Assembly: GCA_963695095.1 (NCBI GenBank)
Contig: CAVOFT010000001.1
Location: forward strand, 1,472,001 to 1,536,000
Origin: an uncultured bacterium
Lineage (GTDB): Bacteria; Krumholzibacteriota; Krumholzibacteriia; JACNKJ01
Direction of reading: 5' to 3'
DNA length: 64,000 nucleotides
The notes beneath the pieces are model-generated. The model did not search any database, was not told where the DNA came from, and saw only the letters and a list, made by a program, of their open reading frames with translations. Below are positions 12,550-22,036 of this stretch, piece by piece; within the stretch, counting starts at the first letter, position 1; each line of letters begins with the position of its first letter. Made by a program: the position numbers and the translations under genes.

Positions 12550-14387
12550 CTAGGCCCGATCCCGGCGCTGCCCAGAGCGATTTCAAGGAGAAGGTGCGCG
12601 CGGCCACCGACATCGTCGAGCTGATCGGCCAGTACCTGAAGCTGCGCCGGGCCGGGAGCAACTGGGTGGGCCTGTGCCCCTTCCATCACGAGAACAGCCC
12701 GAGCTTCAACGTGAACCAGGAGCGGCAGAACTTCTACTGCTTCGGCTGCGCGAAGGGCGGCGACGTCTTCAGCTTCGTCATGGAGCAGGAGGGCCTTGCC
12801 TTCCGCGAGGCGCTCGAGCACCTGGCGCGGCGGGCGGGGATCCCCATCGAGGCGGCCGGGGGCGGCAGCGGCGAGAGCAGCCGGGCCGAACTCTATCAGC
12901 GCATCAATGCCGCCAGCGCCGACTTCTATGGCCGCCAGCTGCGCGAATCGCCGGCCGCCGAGCGCGCGCGGGACTACCTGCGCCGGCGCGACGTGGGCGA
13001 GGAGGCCTGGCGCGACTGGGGCCTGGGCTACGCCGGGCAGTCCTGGCGCGACCTCCACCAGCAGCTCGCCCGGCAGGGCTTCCCGCCCGAGCGCTGCGAG
13101 GAACTGGGGCTCATCCGCCGCAAGGCCTCGAGTCCGGGCCACTACGACGCCTTTCGCAATCGTGTCATGTTTCCTGTCCGCTCGGTGGCCGGGCGGGTGC
13201 TGGGCTTCGGCGCCCGCGTGCTCGACGACAGCCTGCCCAAGTACATCAACTCGGCCGACAGCCCGGTCTACACGAAGAAGGCCATCCTCTACGGCCTGGA
13301 CCGCGCCTGGCGGGAAATCCGCCGCGCCAAGCTCGGCATTCTCGTGGAGGGCTACTTCGACGTGATCAGCCTGCATCTGGCGGGCGTCCCCCTGGCCGTC
13401 GCCGCCTGCGGCACCGCCTTCAGCAGCGATCAGGCCAAGCTCCTGGGCCGCTACACCGAGCGGGTCTGCGTCGTCACCGACGGCGACGCCGCCGGGCAGA
13501 AGGCGGCGGTGCGGGCGGCGGGCGTGCTGATCACCGTCGGCCTCAGGCCCAGCGTGCTCGCGCTGCCGGCCGGCGAGGATCCGGACAGCCTGATCCGCGC
13601 CGAGGGCGGCGAGGCCTTCCGCGAGCGGCTGCGCGGGGCGCCGGATTACTTCGACTACATGCGCGGCCTGGTCAGGGCCCGCGGCGACAAGCCGGCCGAG
13701 CGGGAGCGCGCCGTGCGCCGGATACTGGAGGACTTGACCGCTTTCTCCGAAGGCGACCTGCGCCTGGAGAGCCTGCTCGAGGAGCTCACGGCGGCCTTCG
13801 GGGTCGAGCGCACGGTGCTCGTGCACACCCTGCGCGAGACGCGGCGCCGCGCCGGCGACGGCAGGCGCGGGGCGCGGCGGCCGCCCGCGGCCGCCGGCGA
13901 GGCCGAAGCCGCCGTCGAGGCGGGCAGCCCCGAGCAGGAGCGCCTGGAGAAGCTGATGCTGGCCGTGCTGCTCGCTGCGGGTCCGGAGCGGGAGACGGTC
14001 TTCAGCCTGCTGCGGCCCGAGCACTTCGCCGACCCCTTGCGCGCCCGGCTCTACTCCGTGCTGGCGGCCCTGGGCCGGGCGCCGGACAGCCGGGAGCTGG
14101 GCGAGCTGTTTCCCGACCCGGCCGCGGCGCGGGCCGTCACCGAGCTGACCTTCCTGCGCCTGCCGGCAGGAAGCGCGCAAGATTGGGTGCGCACGAGCGC
14201 CCTGCGACTTAAATTGAAGCGGATGCTCGACCTCAACCGCGACTTCCAGGGCCGGGTACAGGCCCTGGAACTGGCGGGCGAGGAGGTCTCGGCGGATCTT
14301 CTCGCCGAGTGGCGACACGTGGGCGAAGCCATTCGCGGCCTGCGGGCCGAGATCGATCGCATTCTCGAAGCACAGAAGGGGTCCTGA
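12546..14387 (+). CDS. dnaG: DNA primase
   Basis: CHC2 zinc finger CPFHHENSPSF...CFGC, FRNRVMFP, KYINS, VEGYFDV, DGDAAG, DPD; own SD GGGGAGG before GTG at 12546. Confidence 0.95.
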   Translation: MTRPDPGAAQSDFKEKVRAATDIVELIGQYLKLRRAGSNWVGLCPFHHENSPSFNVNQERQNFYCFGCAKGGDVFSFVMEQEGLAFREALEHLARRAGIPIEAAGGGSGESSRAELYQRINAASADFYGRQLRESPAAERARDYLRRRDVGEEAWRDWGLGYAGQSWRDLHQQLARQGFPPERCEELGLIRRKASSPGHYDAFRNRVMFPVRSVAGRVLGFGARVLDDSLPKYINSADSPVYTKKAILYGLDRAWREIRRAKLGILVEGYFDVISLHLAGVPLAVAACGTAFSSDQAKLLGRYTERVCVVTDGDAAGQKAAVRAAGVLITVGLRPSVLALPAGEDPDSLIRAEGGEAFRERLRGAPDYFDYMRGLVRARGDKPAERERAVRRILEDLTAFSEGDLRLESLLEELTAAFGVERTVLVHTLRETRRRAGDGRRGARRPPAAAGEAEAAVEAGSPEQERLEKLMLAVLLAAGPERETVFSLLRPEHFADPLRARLYSVLAALGRAPDSRELGELFPDPAAARAVTELTFLRLPAGSAQDWVRTSALRLKLKRMLDLNRDFQGRVQALELAGEEVSADLLAEWRHVGEAIRGLRAEIDRILEAQKGS

Positions 14388-14389
14388 GC

Positions 14390-16150
14390 GTGAGCAAGTC
14401 CAAGACCAGCCGCATCATCGTCGCCCTCAAGAAGCTCGTCAGCAAGAAGAACTACATCCTCCACGACGACATCTACGAGCAGTTCTCGGAGGACTTCGAT
14501 ATCGATGCCGTGGACGTGGTCTACTCCCGCATCGCCGAGCTCGGCATCGAGGTCTTCGACAGCGAGGAGGAGGCCAAGACCAAGCTGCGCGCCCAGGAGG
14601 CGCGGGCCAAGAAGCTCAACGAGAAGATGAGCCAGGCCGCCGCCCAGAGCATGCGCTACGACGACCCCGTGCGCATGTACCTGCGCGAGATGGGCAAGGT
14701 GCCGCTCCTGGACCGCGAGGGCGAGATCGCCATCGCCAAGCGCATCGAGGCCGGCAAGCACCAGGTGCTCGAAGCGCTCTTCCGTTCGCCCTTCTCCGAG
14801 GCCCATGTCGATCAGTGGGTGGAGGCCCTCGCGAACGGCACGCTCAGCGTCGAGGACCTGATCCAGGTGGACACGGGCGGCTACCAGGAGCACCACACGC
14901 CCCAGAAGCGGGACAAGGCCACGGCCGTGCGCACGCTGCGCCGCCTGCGCAAGCTGGGCGAGGAGATCCTGGCCTGCGAGGAGAAGCTGGCCAGGGCCGA
15001 CACCGAGCGCAAGAAGCAGGCCGCCGAGAAGGCCCTGCAGACGCGGCGCGAATCCTGGCTGGAGTTGCTGCACGGGCTCAGCCTGCAGCCCAAGCGCGTG
15101 GACGAGCTGGTCCTCGCCCTGCGCGAGGTGCACGACGAGTTCCAGGCGGCGGCCAAGCAGGTGCACCACTACGAGAAGTTCCTCGGCATGGACTACGATG
15201 GCTTGCGCGAGACCATCGCCCGCATGAAGGACCGCGGCTGGAAGAACATCCAGCTGCGCGGCAAGGGGCGCTGGACGCTCACGGCGCTCGAGGACCTGCG
15301 CCGCAAGCAGTACGGCCTGCATCCGCAGCCTCAAGACCCTGGAGAAGGAGCGCGGCGTCACCCGCGAGCAACTCGAGGCGCTGCTCACCCGCGTCGAGCA
15401 GGGGGAGCGCCGCGGCGAGCAGGCCAAGAAGGAGATGATCGAGGCCAACGTGCGCCTGGTGATCTCCATCGCCAAGCGCTACACGAACCGCGGCCTCGAG
15501 TTCCTGGACCTGATCCAGGAGGGCAACGGCGGCCTGATGCGCGCCGTCGACAAGTTCGACTACCGCAAGGGCTACAAGTTCTCCACCTACGCGCACCTGG
15601 TGGATCCGGCAGGCGATCACGCGCGCCATCGCCGACCAGGCGCGCACCATCCGCGTGCCCGTGCACATGATCGAGGCCATCAACAAGGTGAGCCGGGCCA
15701 GCCGCAAGCTCATCCAGGAGTACGGCCGCGAGCCGACCCCGGAGGAGGTGGCCAAGTACCTCGCCTTCCCCGTGGAGAAGGTGAAGAGGGTCATGAAGGC
15801 CAGCATGGAGCCGATCAGCCTGGACCGGCCCATCGGCGAGGACGAGGACAGCAACCTCGGCGACTTCATCGAGGACACTGCACGCCGACAGCCCGGCCTC
15901 ACTCGGCCGCGCACTCGATGCTGCAGGATCAGACTCACCAAGGTGCTGTCCACGCTGACCCGGCGCGAGGAGAAGGTGATCCGCCTGCGCTTCGGCCTCG
16001 GCGACGGCACGCCCGCGCACCCTGGAGGAGGTGGGCACCATCTTCCAGGTCACCCGCGAGCGCGTGCGGCAGATCGAGGCCAAGGCGATTCGCAAGCTCC
16101 AGCACCCCAGCCGCGCCCGCAAGCTCAAGGGCTACGTGGAGAACTACTAG
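14390..16150 (+). CDS. rpoD: RNA polymerase primary sigma factor (several frameshifts)
   Basis: [52 protein letters not shown], region 4 [10 protein letters not shown]. Confidence 0.96.
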
Positions 16151-16163
16151 GCGTCAGTCCGGG

Positions 16164-16194
16164 GGCGGGCCGGGCAAAGCGGCCCGCCAATCTT
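16164..16194 (+). terminator. Hairpin after rpoD (putative terminator)
   Basis: GGCGGGCCG-7 nt loop-CGGCCCGCC followed by AATCTT. Confidence 0.55.
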
Positions 16195-16233
16195 GATTAT
16201 TCGGTCGATTACTCGCTAATTATGGCCTATCCT
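16193..16233 (+). promoter_or_regulatory. AT-rich promoter region of the cytochrome accessory operon
   Basis: Locally AT-rich; TCGATT-17-TATCCT, with a second TTGATT upstream. Confidence 0.45.
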
Positions 16234-16302
16234 TAGTGGGCTCGAACCCGGACTCCGCACCCGGCGCCGCCCTCCGGGCGGCCTCGCGCAGCAACGAAGG
16301 CC

Positions 16303-18495
16303 ATGGCCAGCCCCTCCCGCCAGCATCTTGCGCTCCCGTCCCGCCTCTGTGCGCAGGGGCTGCTCCTGGCCGCCCTCGCCCTCGCTTGGCCCGGCAGCGC
16401 CCGCGCCCTGGACGGCAAGCTCGGCTTCCGCCAGAGCCAGCAGGATGGCGGTTTCGGCGCTCAGGACTACAGCCTGCAGGTGATCACCCGCGATGCCTAC
16501 GCCCAGCAGCTGGTGGGCCTCTGGCCGGGCCTGTCCCTGCGCCTGGAGGCCCAGGTCCGGGATGAGGCCACGCAGAGCCGGGTCGGCGCGACGAGCTCGG
16601 CCTGGAATCAGCTCAATCGGCGCGCGGGCATGGCCCTGCGCTACGGGGACCCGCGCCTGCATCTCGAACTCCGAGCCAGCGGCCGCCGCCGGGAACAGGA
16701 GCCCGATCCCGGACCCCGTCTGAGCCAGGACCTCGGCCAGCTCGGCCTCTGGAGCCAGCTGCGGGCCGCTCGCTGGCTTCGCCTGCAGGGCAGCTGGCTC
16801 GAGACGCGGGCCTGGCGCGAGGAGGACGCCCTCGCCGACGTGGAGACCCGCGAATCCCTGCGCTCGGCCAGCGCCGAGAGTCCGCTGTCGATCGGCACCC
16901 TGCGCTACGGCTACTCCCGACAGGCCACCGAGAACCTCGCCCGCGGCAACCTGAGCGTCCACGCGAGCCACCTCGTCGGCTACGACGGCGGCTTCGGCTT
17001 CCAGGACCAGCGCGGCCGGGTGTCCCTGAGCGCCCGCGCCCGCCGCTTCCAGCAGACCCTGACCCAGAGCGAGCTGACGGGCCGCCTCCTGCTCGAACCC
17101 GCGACGGCGGGCCTGCGCATCGACGCCTCGCCGGAGGTGGACGATCCCCTCGAGGAGCCCCTGAGCCTGGTGCCGGCGCTCATCGATCTGGATCGCCGCA
17201 GCGCCACGGTGGTCGATCTGGGCGACGATGCGCCCGTCGGCCTGCAGCTCGGCGGCGACTACCGGAACCTGCAAATCGATCTCGGCGCGCCCACTGCCGT
17301 GGCGGCGGTGCTGCTCTACGTGGACCGCCGTCCCACCGCGCCCCAGCTCATGCAGTGGAGCCTCTACGTGGCCGAGGATCCCGAGGGCCGCCTCTGGACC
17401 CGCCACGAGGCAGCCAGCGCGAGCGCCCGCTATCGAGACTGGGACGAGGACCTTCAGGGCTGGGAGTTCACCTTGCCGGGCGAGCTCGTCCTGCGCCACT
17501 TCAAGCTCGTCAATGCGAAGCTGGGACCGGTGGAGCCCGAGCTGCGGGTCACCGAGATCGAGGCCTACACCGCGGAGACCTTGCCCGCCGGCGAGCGCCA
17601 GGAGACGAGCGACAGCCAGCGCCTGCAGGCGGGCCTCGACTACCGGCTCAGCCAGGACTGGCGCGTACGGGCGGACCTCGCGCTTCGTCTGCGCAACTAC
17701 GCGACGGGGCGGGCGGACCAGGACGATCGCAGCGAGGGCCTGGGTCTCTTCTGGGCCCGGGACGTTTGGTCCGCCGCCGGTCGGCTGGAATGGCGCCGTC
17801 TCGAGAGCGGCGGCCAGCTCGACAGCGACGTCGACACGCGCAGCCTTTCGCTGCGGCGGCGGCTGGCGGGCCGCCACGCCCTCAGCCTGCACCTCGATCA
17901 GCTGGCGGACCGGGGCCGCGGCGCCGATCGCCGGTCCCGGACGATCAGCCTGGGCAGCGAGTGGCAGTTCGCCCCCGGCCTGCGCCTGGATCAGCGGCTG
18001 AGCCACGGCTGGCTGCGCGACGAGGGGCAGAGCTTGAGCTCGCGCTCGCTCACCTCCTACACGGCCCTGCACAGCGTGCCCTTCAGCTGGCTCTTCCTGG
18101 AACTCAGCCGCGTGGATCGCTGGGTGGAGCGGGAGGCGGGCTACGGCTACTCGCGCTTCAACGACACGACGCTCACCCTCGGCTGGACGCCGGTGCCGCT
18201 GATCAGCCTGCGCAGCCACGTCGTCTACCAGGACCGCGGCAGCGGCGAGTGGCTGGTCAACCACAGCCTGGCGTGGACGCCCCTGCCGGGCGGGGACCTG
18301 TCTCTGCGTTTGAACGCCAGCCAGTTCTCTGATACTCGTGTAGATTCCCGCCAGAACGGCGCGGGCGCGACGCTGGCCTGGACGCCGCGCCCGCGGCTGC
18401 TCCTGGAGACCGGCGTGGACGCTCAGCGCTATCGGCGCCCGGAGGGCGTCAGCTCGCCGGTGAACGGCTTCGTGAAGGGCAGCCTCGCCTTCTGA
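16303..18495 (+). CDS. Outer-membrane beta-barrel protein with an inserted discoidin/F5-8-like domain
   Basis: Signal peptide ending ARA; alternating amphipathic strands; C-terminal VKGSLAF; central NLQIDLG...HFKLVN...VTEIEAY segment. Confidence 0.65.
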   Translation: MASPSRQHLALPSRLCAQGLLLAALALAWPGSARALDGKLGFRQSQQDGGFGAQDYSLQVITRDAYAQQLVGLWPGLSLRLEAQVRDEATQSRVGATSSAWNQLNRRAGMALRYGDPRLHLELRASGRRREQEPDPGPRLSQDLGQLGLWSQLRAARWLRLQGSWLETRAWREEDALADVETRESLRSASAESPLSIGTLRYGYSRQATENLARGNLSVHASHLVGYDGGFGFQDQRGRVSLSARARRFQQTLTQSELTGRLLLEPATAGLRIDASPEVDDPLEEPLSLVPALIDLDRRSATVVDLGDDAPVGLQLGGDYRNLQIDLGAPTAVAAVLLYVDRRPTAPQLMQWSLYVAEDPEGRLWTRHEAASASARYRDWDEDLQGWEFTLPGELVLRHFKLVNAKLGPVEPELRVTEIEAYTAETLPAGERQETSDSQRLQAGLDYRLSQDWRVRADLALRLRNYATGRADQDDRSEGLGLFWARDVWSAAGRLEWRRLESGGQLDSDVDTRSLSLRRRLAGRHALSLHLDQLADRGRGADRRSRTISLGSEWQFAPGLRLDQRLSHGWLRDEGQSLSSRSLTSYTALHSVPFSWLFLELSRVDRWVEREAGYGYSRFNDTTLTLGWTPVPLISLRSHVVYQDRGSGEWLVNHSLAWTPLPGGDLSLRLNASQFSDTRVDSRQNGAGATLAWTPRPRLLLETGVDAQRYRRPEGVSSPVNGFVKGSLAF

Positions 18496-18521
18496 GGCGG
18501 GCCCCTGGCAAGGAGAGTCAG

Positions 18522-19154
18522 ATGATGGCATGTGAAGGGCGCGAGAAGGGCCGACCGGCCAGGGCAGGGCGCGCGCAGCCGGCAGGCGGCCGCCTGCTGC
18601 CGAGCCTGCTCCTGCTCGTGGGCCTCGCGTCGGCGCTGGGCGCCTGCGCGGCCTCCGTGACGAGCTACCAGCATCCCGGGGTGGATCTGAGCCACGTCCG
18701 GCGCGTGGCCGTGCTGCCCTTCGCCAACCTCAGCGGCGACGAGTTCGCCGATGAGCGGATCGCCTCGCTCTTCCTCACGCGCCTCTTGCGCGCCCAGGTG
18801 GTGGAAGTCGTGGAGGCGGGCGCCGTGCGCGAGGCGCTCATCGCCCAGCGCTTGAGCGCCGGCGCGATCGCCACGCCCGAGCAGCTGGTCGCCCTGGGCG
18901 CCGCCCTGGGCGTGGATGGGCTCTTCGGCGGCACCGTCGAGGAATGCGGCCTGCTGCGCAGCAACCGCGAGTCCCTCAGCCAGGTCACCCTGAGCTTCAC
19001 CCTGACGGAGACCCAGCACGGGGTGCTGGTCTGGCGCGCCCAGACCCACGCCTCGAGCGCCTCCTTCTGGCGCCGGCTCTTCGGCACCGAGGCGCGCTCC
19101 CTGCACGCGGTCAGCGCGGAGGCCGTGGACCGCGCCCTGGGCACCCTGTTTTGA
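18522..19154 (+). CDS. Lipoprotein of CsgG/DUF799 (GNA1162)-like fold
   Basis: Lipobox LGAC; RVAVLPFANLS, LGAALGVDGLFGGTVEE, GVLVW. Confidence 0.7.
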   Translation: MMACEGREKGRPARAGRAQPAGGRLLPSLLLLVGLASALGACAASVTSYQHPGVDLSHVRRVAVLPFANLSGDEFADERIASLFLTRLLRAQVVEVVEAGAVREALIAQRLSAGAIATPEQLVALGAALGVDGLFGGTVEECGLLRSNRESLSQVTLSFTLTETQHGVLVWRAQTHASSASFWRRLFGTEARSLHAVSAEAVDRALGTLF

Positions 19155-20260
19155 GCCTGCGCGCCGGCATCCTGCTCCTCGCGGCGCTGCTGATGGCGCC
19201 CGCCCTGACGGCGCCCGCTCCAGCGGCTGCCGAGACCGGCGGGCTGCCCGCAGCGGCGCTGGTTCTCTTCCTGGACGCGGAGAGCGACGCGGCCCTGCCG
19301 GCGGCGCCGGCTCTCCTGCGCGAAACGGCCCGACAGGCGCTGGTGGCGGCCCTGGCCGCCCCGGGCCGGCGCCTGTGCGCCGGTGACGAGGTGGAGGGCT
19401 TGCTTGCCGACGCGCGCGTGCGCTCGCGCCGCGGACTGAGCCGCGAGGTCGTGGCGGCACTCGGCGAGCGCTGCGGCGCCGAGCAGGTCATCATCGCGCG
19501 CCTGGCCTGCGGCCAGGGCAAGCTCTTCCTCGCCCTGCGCGGCCTCGCGGCCGCCGACGGCCGCCTGCTCCAGGTTGCCGTCGCCGAGCAGGACCTCGCC
19601 GGCGGCGAGGACTGGCGGCGGGCCATCGGCGATGCCAGCCTCGAGCTCGCGGCCCGCTGGCAGGAGCCGGCGCCGGATGCCGCCGCGGCCGGCCTCCTGG
19701 TGCTGCCCGCGCGGGGGCCGGGCGTCGATCCCCTGCTCCTGTCGCTCGTCGAGGAGAGCCTGCTCGCGGAACTCCTCGCCCAGGGGCGCTGGCGCATTCC
19801 CGATCCGGCCCTGCTGGTCAGCGCGCTGCGGCAGGCCGGCATCCATCCGGCCAGCATCGGTGCCGCGAGCCGGCGCGCCCTGGCCGCCGAGCTGGGCGCC
19901 GAGTCCCTGCTGCGTCTGAGCGTGAGCGAGTACGAGGCCGGCCTGCCCGGCGCCGGGCTGCGCGGCGCCGGCAGCGGGGACATCGCGGACGAGGACGGGC
20001 GGCGCGGTAGCGCTTCCCGGCGCCCGGGAGCCTCGCCGGCCGCGCGGCAGATCGGTCGGCCGCTCCTGGCGACCCTGGAGCTCGTGAGCGCGGAGAGCGG
20101 ACTGCTCGGCCTGGCCGCCGAGCAGTACCTGCCGGCGCTGTCGCTGCGCGGGAGCTTCGGCCGTGCGCGGCGGCTGCCCTGGGCCGCGCGCTGCGCGGAG
20201 TTGACTGCACCCCTGGCCGCCGCCTTCGCCGTCGCCAGCGCCCCCGGGGGGCAGCCATGA
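19151..20260 (+). CDS. Exported protein with two CsgG/TolB-N-like repeats
   Basis: TTG start overlapping the upstream TGA; signal peptide; repeated pattern (ALGERCGAEQVII / ALAAELGAESLL). Confidence 0.5.
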   Translation: MSLRAGILLLAALLMAPALTAPAPAAAETGGLPAAALVLFLDAESDAALPAAPALLRETARQALVAALAAPGRRLCAGDEVEGLLADARVRSRRGLSREVVAALGERCGAEQVIIARLACGQGKLFLALRGLAAADGRLLQVAVAEQDLAGGEDWRRAIGDASLELAARWQEPAPDAAAAGLLVLPARGPGVDPLLLSLVEESLLAELLAQGRWRIPDPALLVSALRQAGIHPASIGAASRRALAAELGAESLLRLSVSEYEAGLPGAGLRGAGSGDIADEDGRRGSASRRPGASPAARQIGRPLLATLELVSAESGLLGLAAEQYLPALSLRGSFGRARRLPWAARCAELTAPLAAAFAVASAPGGQP

Positions 20261-20316
20261 AGCCGAGGCCCGCCCGCGGCCCCTGCCCGAAACTGCGCAC
20301 GAGAAAGGTAAGCGGC

Positions 20317-22036
20317 ATGCTCAAGCGCTCCCCGCCTGTCCCGCCTGCTGCCCGCAGCCTCCCTGCTGGCGCTGCTCCTGTCCCTGGCCGCGGCGCCCGC
20401 TCCGCAGGACGGCGACGAGCGGCTGCTCGCCTGGGTCAACGGCGAGGCGATCACCCTCGACGATCTCGAGGCGGAGCTGAAGCGGCTGCCGGCGCCGGAT
20501 AGCGCCGCCACGCCGCCCGCGGCCACCGCCGTGCTCCGGCGGCTCGTGCAGGATCGGCTGCTGGAGCAGGAGGGCTATCGCATCGGCGCCGATGGCGAGC
20601 CCGCCGTGCGCAACCAGGTGCAGGATCTCCTGCGCCTGCGCAGCGTGGTCGCGCTGCTGGACTCGATCTCCGCGCCGGGCGCCGAGGAGGGCGCTGCCGA
20701 ACTGGACAGCCTGATGAGCAAGGAGAGCCGGCTCATGCATCTGGCACACATCCTCGTGGCCGAGGAAGGCACCTCCCGCGCCTTGCTGGACAGCCTGGCC
20801 GCCGGCCTGCCCTTCGCGGACCTGGCGCGCCGTCACTCCACCGACGGCAATGCGGCCCGCGGCGGGGATCTCGGCTGGGCGGCCGCAGGCGCCTATGTCC
20901 CCGAGTTCGAAACCGCGCTGGCGCCGCTGGCGCCGGGCGAGGTGTCCGGTCCCGTGCGCACGGAGTTCGGCTGGCACCTGATCAAGCTGCTCGAGGTCCG
21001 CAGCGAGACGGTGGGCCAGTCGCCCGCCATGCGCGAGGCCATGCACAAGACCCTCGAGCGCGAGCAGCGCATGGCCGCCGTGCGCGACTACGTGGCCGGG
21101 CTCCGGGCGCGCTACGGCGTCGCCGTCGACGACTCGCTGCTGGCGAGCCTCGACTTCGGCAGCGAAGACCCGGCGGTTCAGGCCGGCCTGCGCGAGAGCG
21201 ACGCAACGCTGGCCGTGCTGCCCACGGGGCGGCTCACCGTGCAGGGCCTCTACCGGCAGCTCATCTTCAAGTACTTCCACGGGCTGGCCGGGCGCCCCGA
21301 GGCCGCCAGTCTGCGCGACAGGGTCTTCCGCGAGTGGGTGGACGAGGCGCTGCTCAGCCACGAGGCCCGCATCCTGGGCCTGCCCGAGCGGCCGGCGCTC
21401 CGCGCCGAGGCGAAGCGCCTGGAGCGCTCGCTGCTCCGCGAAGAAGTCCTGAAGACCCTGCTGCTCGGCCTCTCGACCGCGGCGCCCGCGGAGGCGGAGC
21501 TGACGGCCTTCTACGCCGCCGATCCCGGCCGCTTCGCCGCGCCGGCGCGCGTCAAGCTGCGCAGCTTGCGCTTCGCCGCGCCCGAGAGCGCCCAGGGCTT
21601 TCGCGCAAAGCTCGAACAGGGAGCCCAGTTCAGCTGGCTCGCCGCGCGCGACCCCGCCGTGCTGGCCGGGCCGCCGCCCTTCGGCGAGGACTGGCTGGAC
21701 CCGGCGACCCTCGACCTGCCGGCTGCAGAGCTCGTGGAGGGGGCCGTGCTGGGTCCGCTCGCCCTCGAGGAGGGCTGGGCGCTGATCCTGGTCCAGGCCC
21801 GCGAGCGGGTGGAGCCGCCGCCCTTCGCCAGCTGCCGCGCCGAGGTCCTGGCGGCCTATCAGCGGGAGCAGAAGCAGGAGGCCATCCGCCGCGCGCTGAA
21901 TCGGCTGGAGCAGGCGGCCACGATCACGATGCTGCCGGCGGCCGAAGCGCGCGTCGCCGCGCGCCTGGCGGCACTCGGCGGGGGCGGGGCGGGCGGCAGC
22001 GGGAACGGCAATCAGCCCAGCGGAGGTCAGCACTGA
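20317..22036 (+). CDS. SurA/PrsA-like parvulin peptidyl-prolyl isomerase chaperone (frameshift near 20330)
   Basis: LAWVNGEAIT, HILV, FADLARRHSTD, GGDLGW, SGPVRTEFGWHLIK; a second degenerate rotamase domain follows. Confidence 0.85.

Noticed and set aside
9663..14318. Very long minus-strand ORFs (also 1598-3634, 16216-18531, 40171-43173 and others)
   Set aside because: Antisense shadows of real genes caused by high GC codon bias; no recognisable motifs
14390..16150. rpoD, glmS and rel as pseudogenes or programmed frameshifts
   Set aside because: Essential or conserved genes with intact motifs on both sides of each break; no slippery sites; uniform +1 pattern fits sequencing error
16193..16206. 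FNR box at TTGAT
   Set aside because: The second half-site ATCAA is absent
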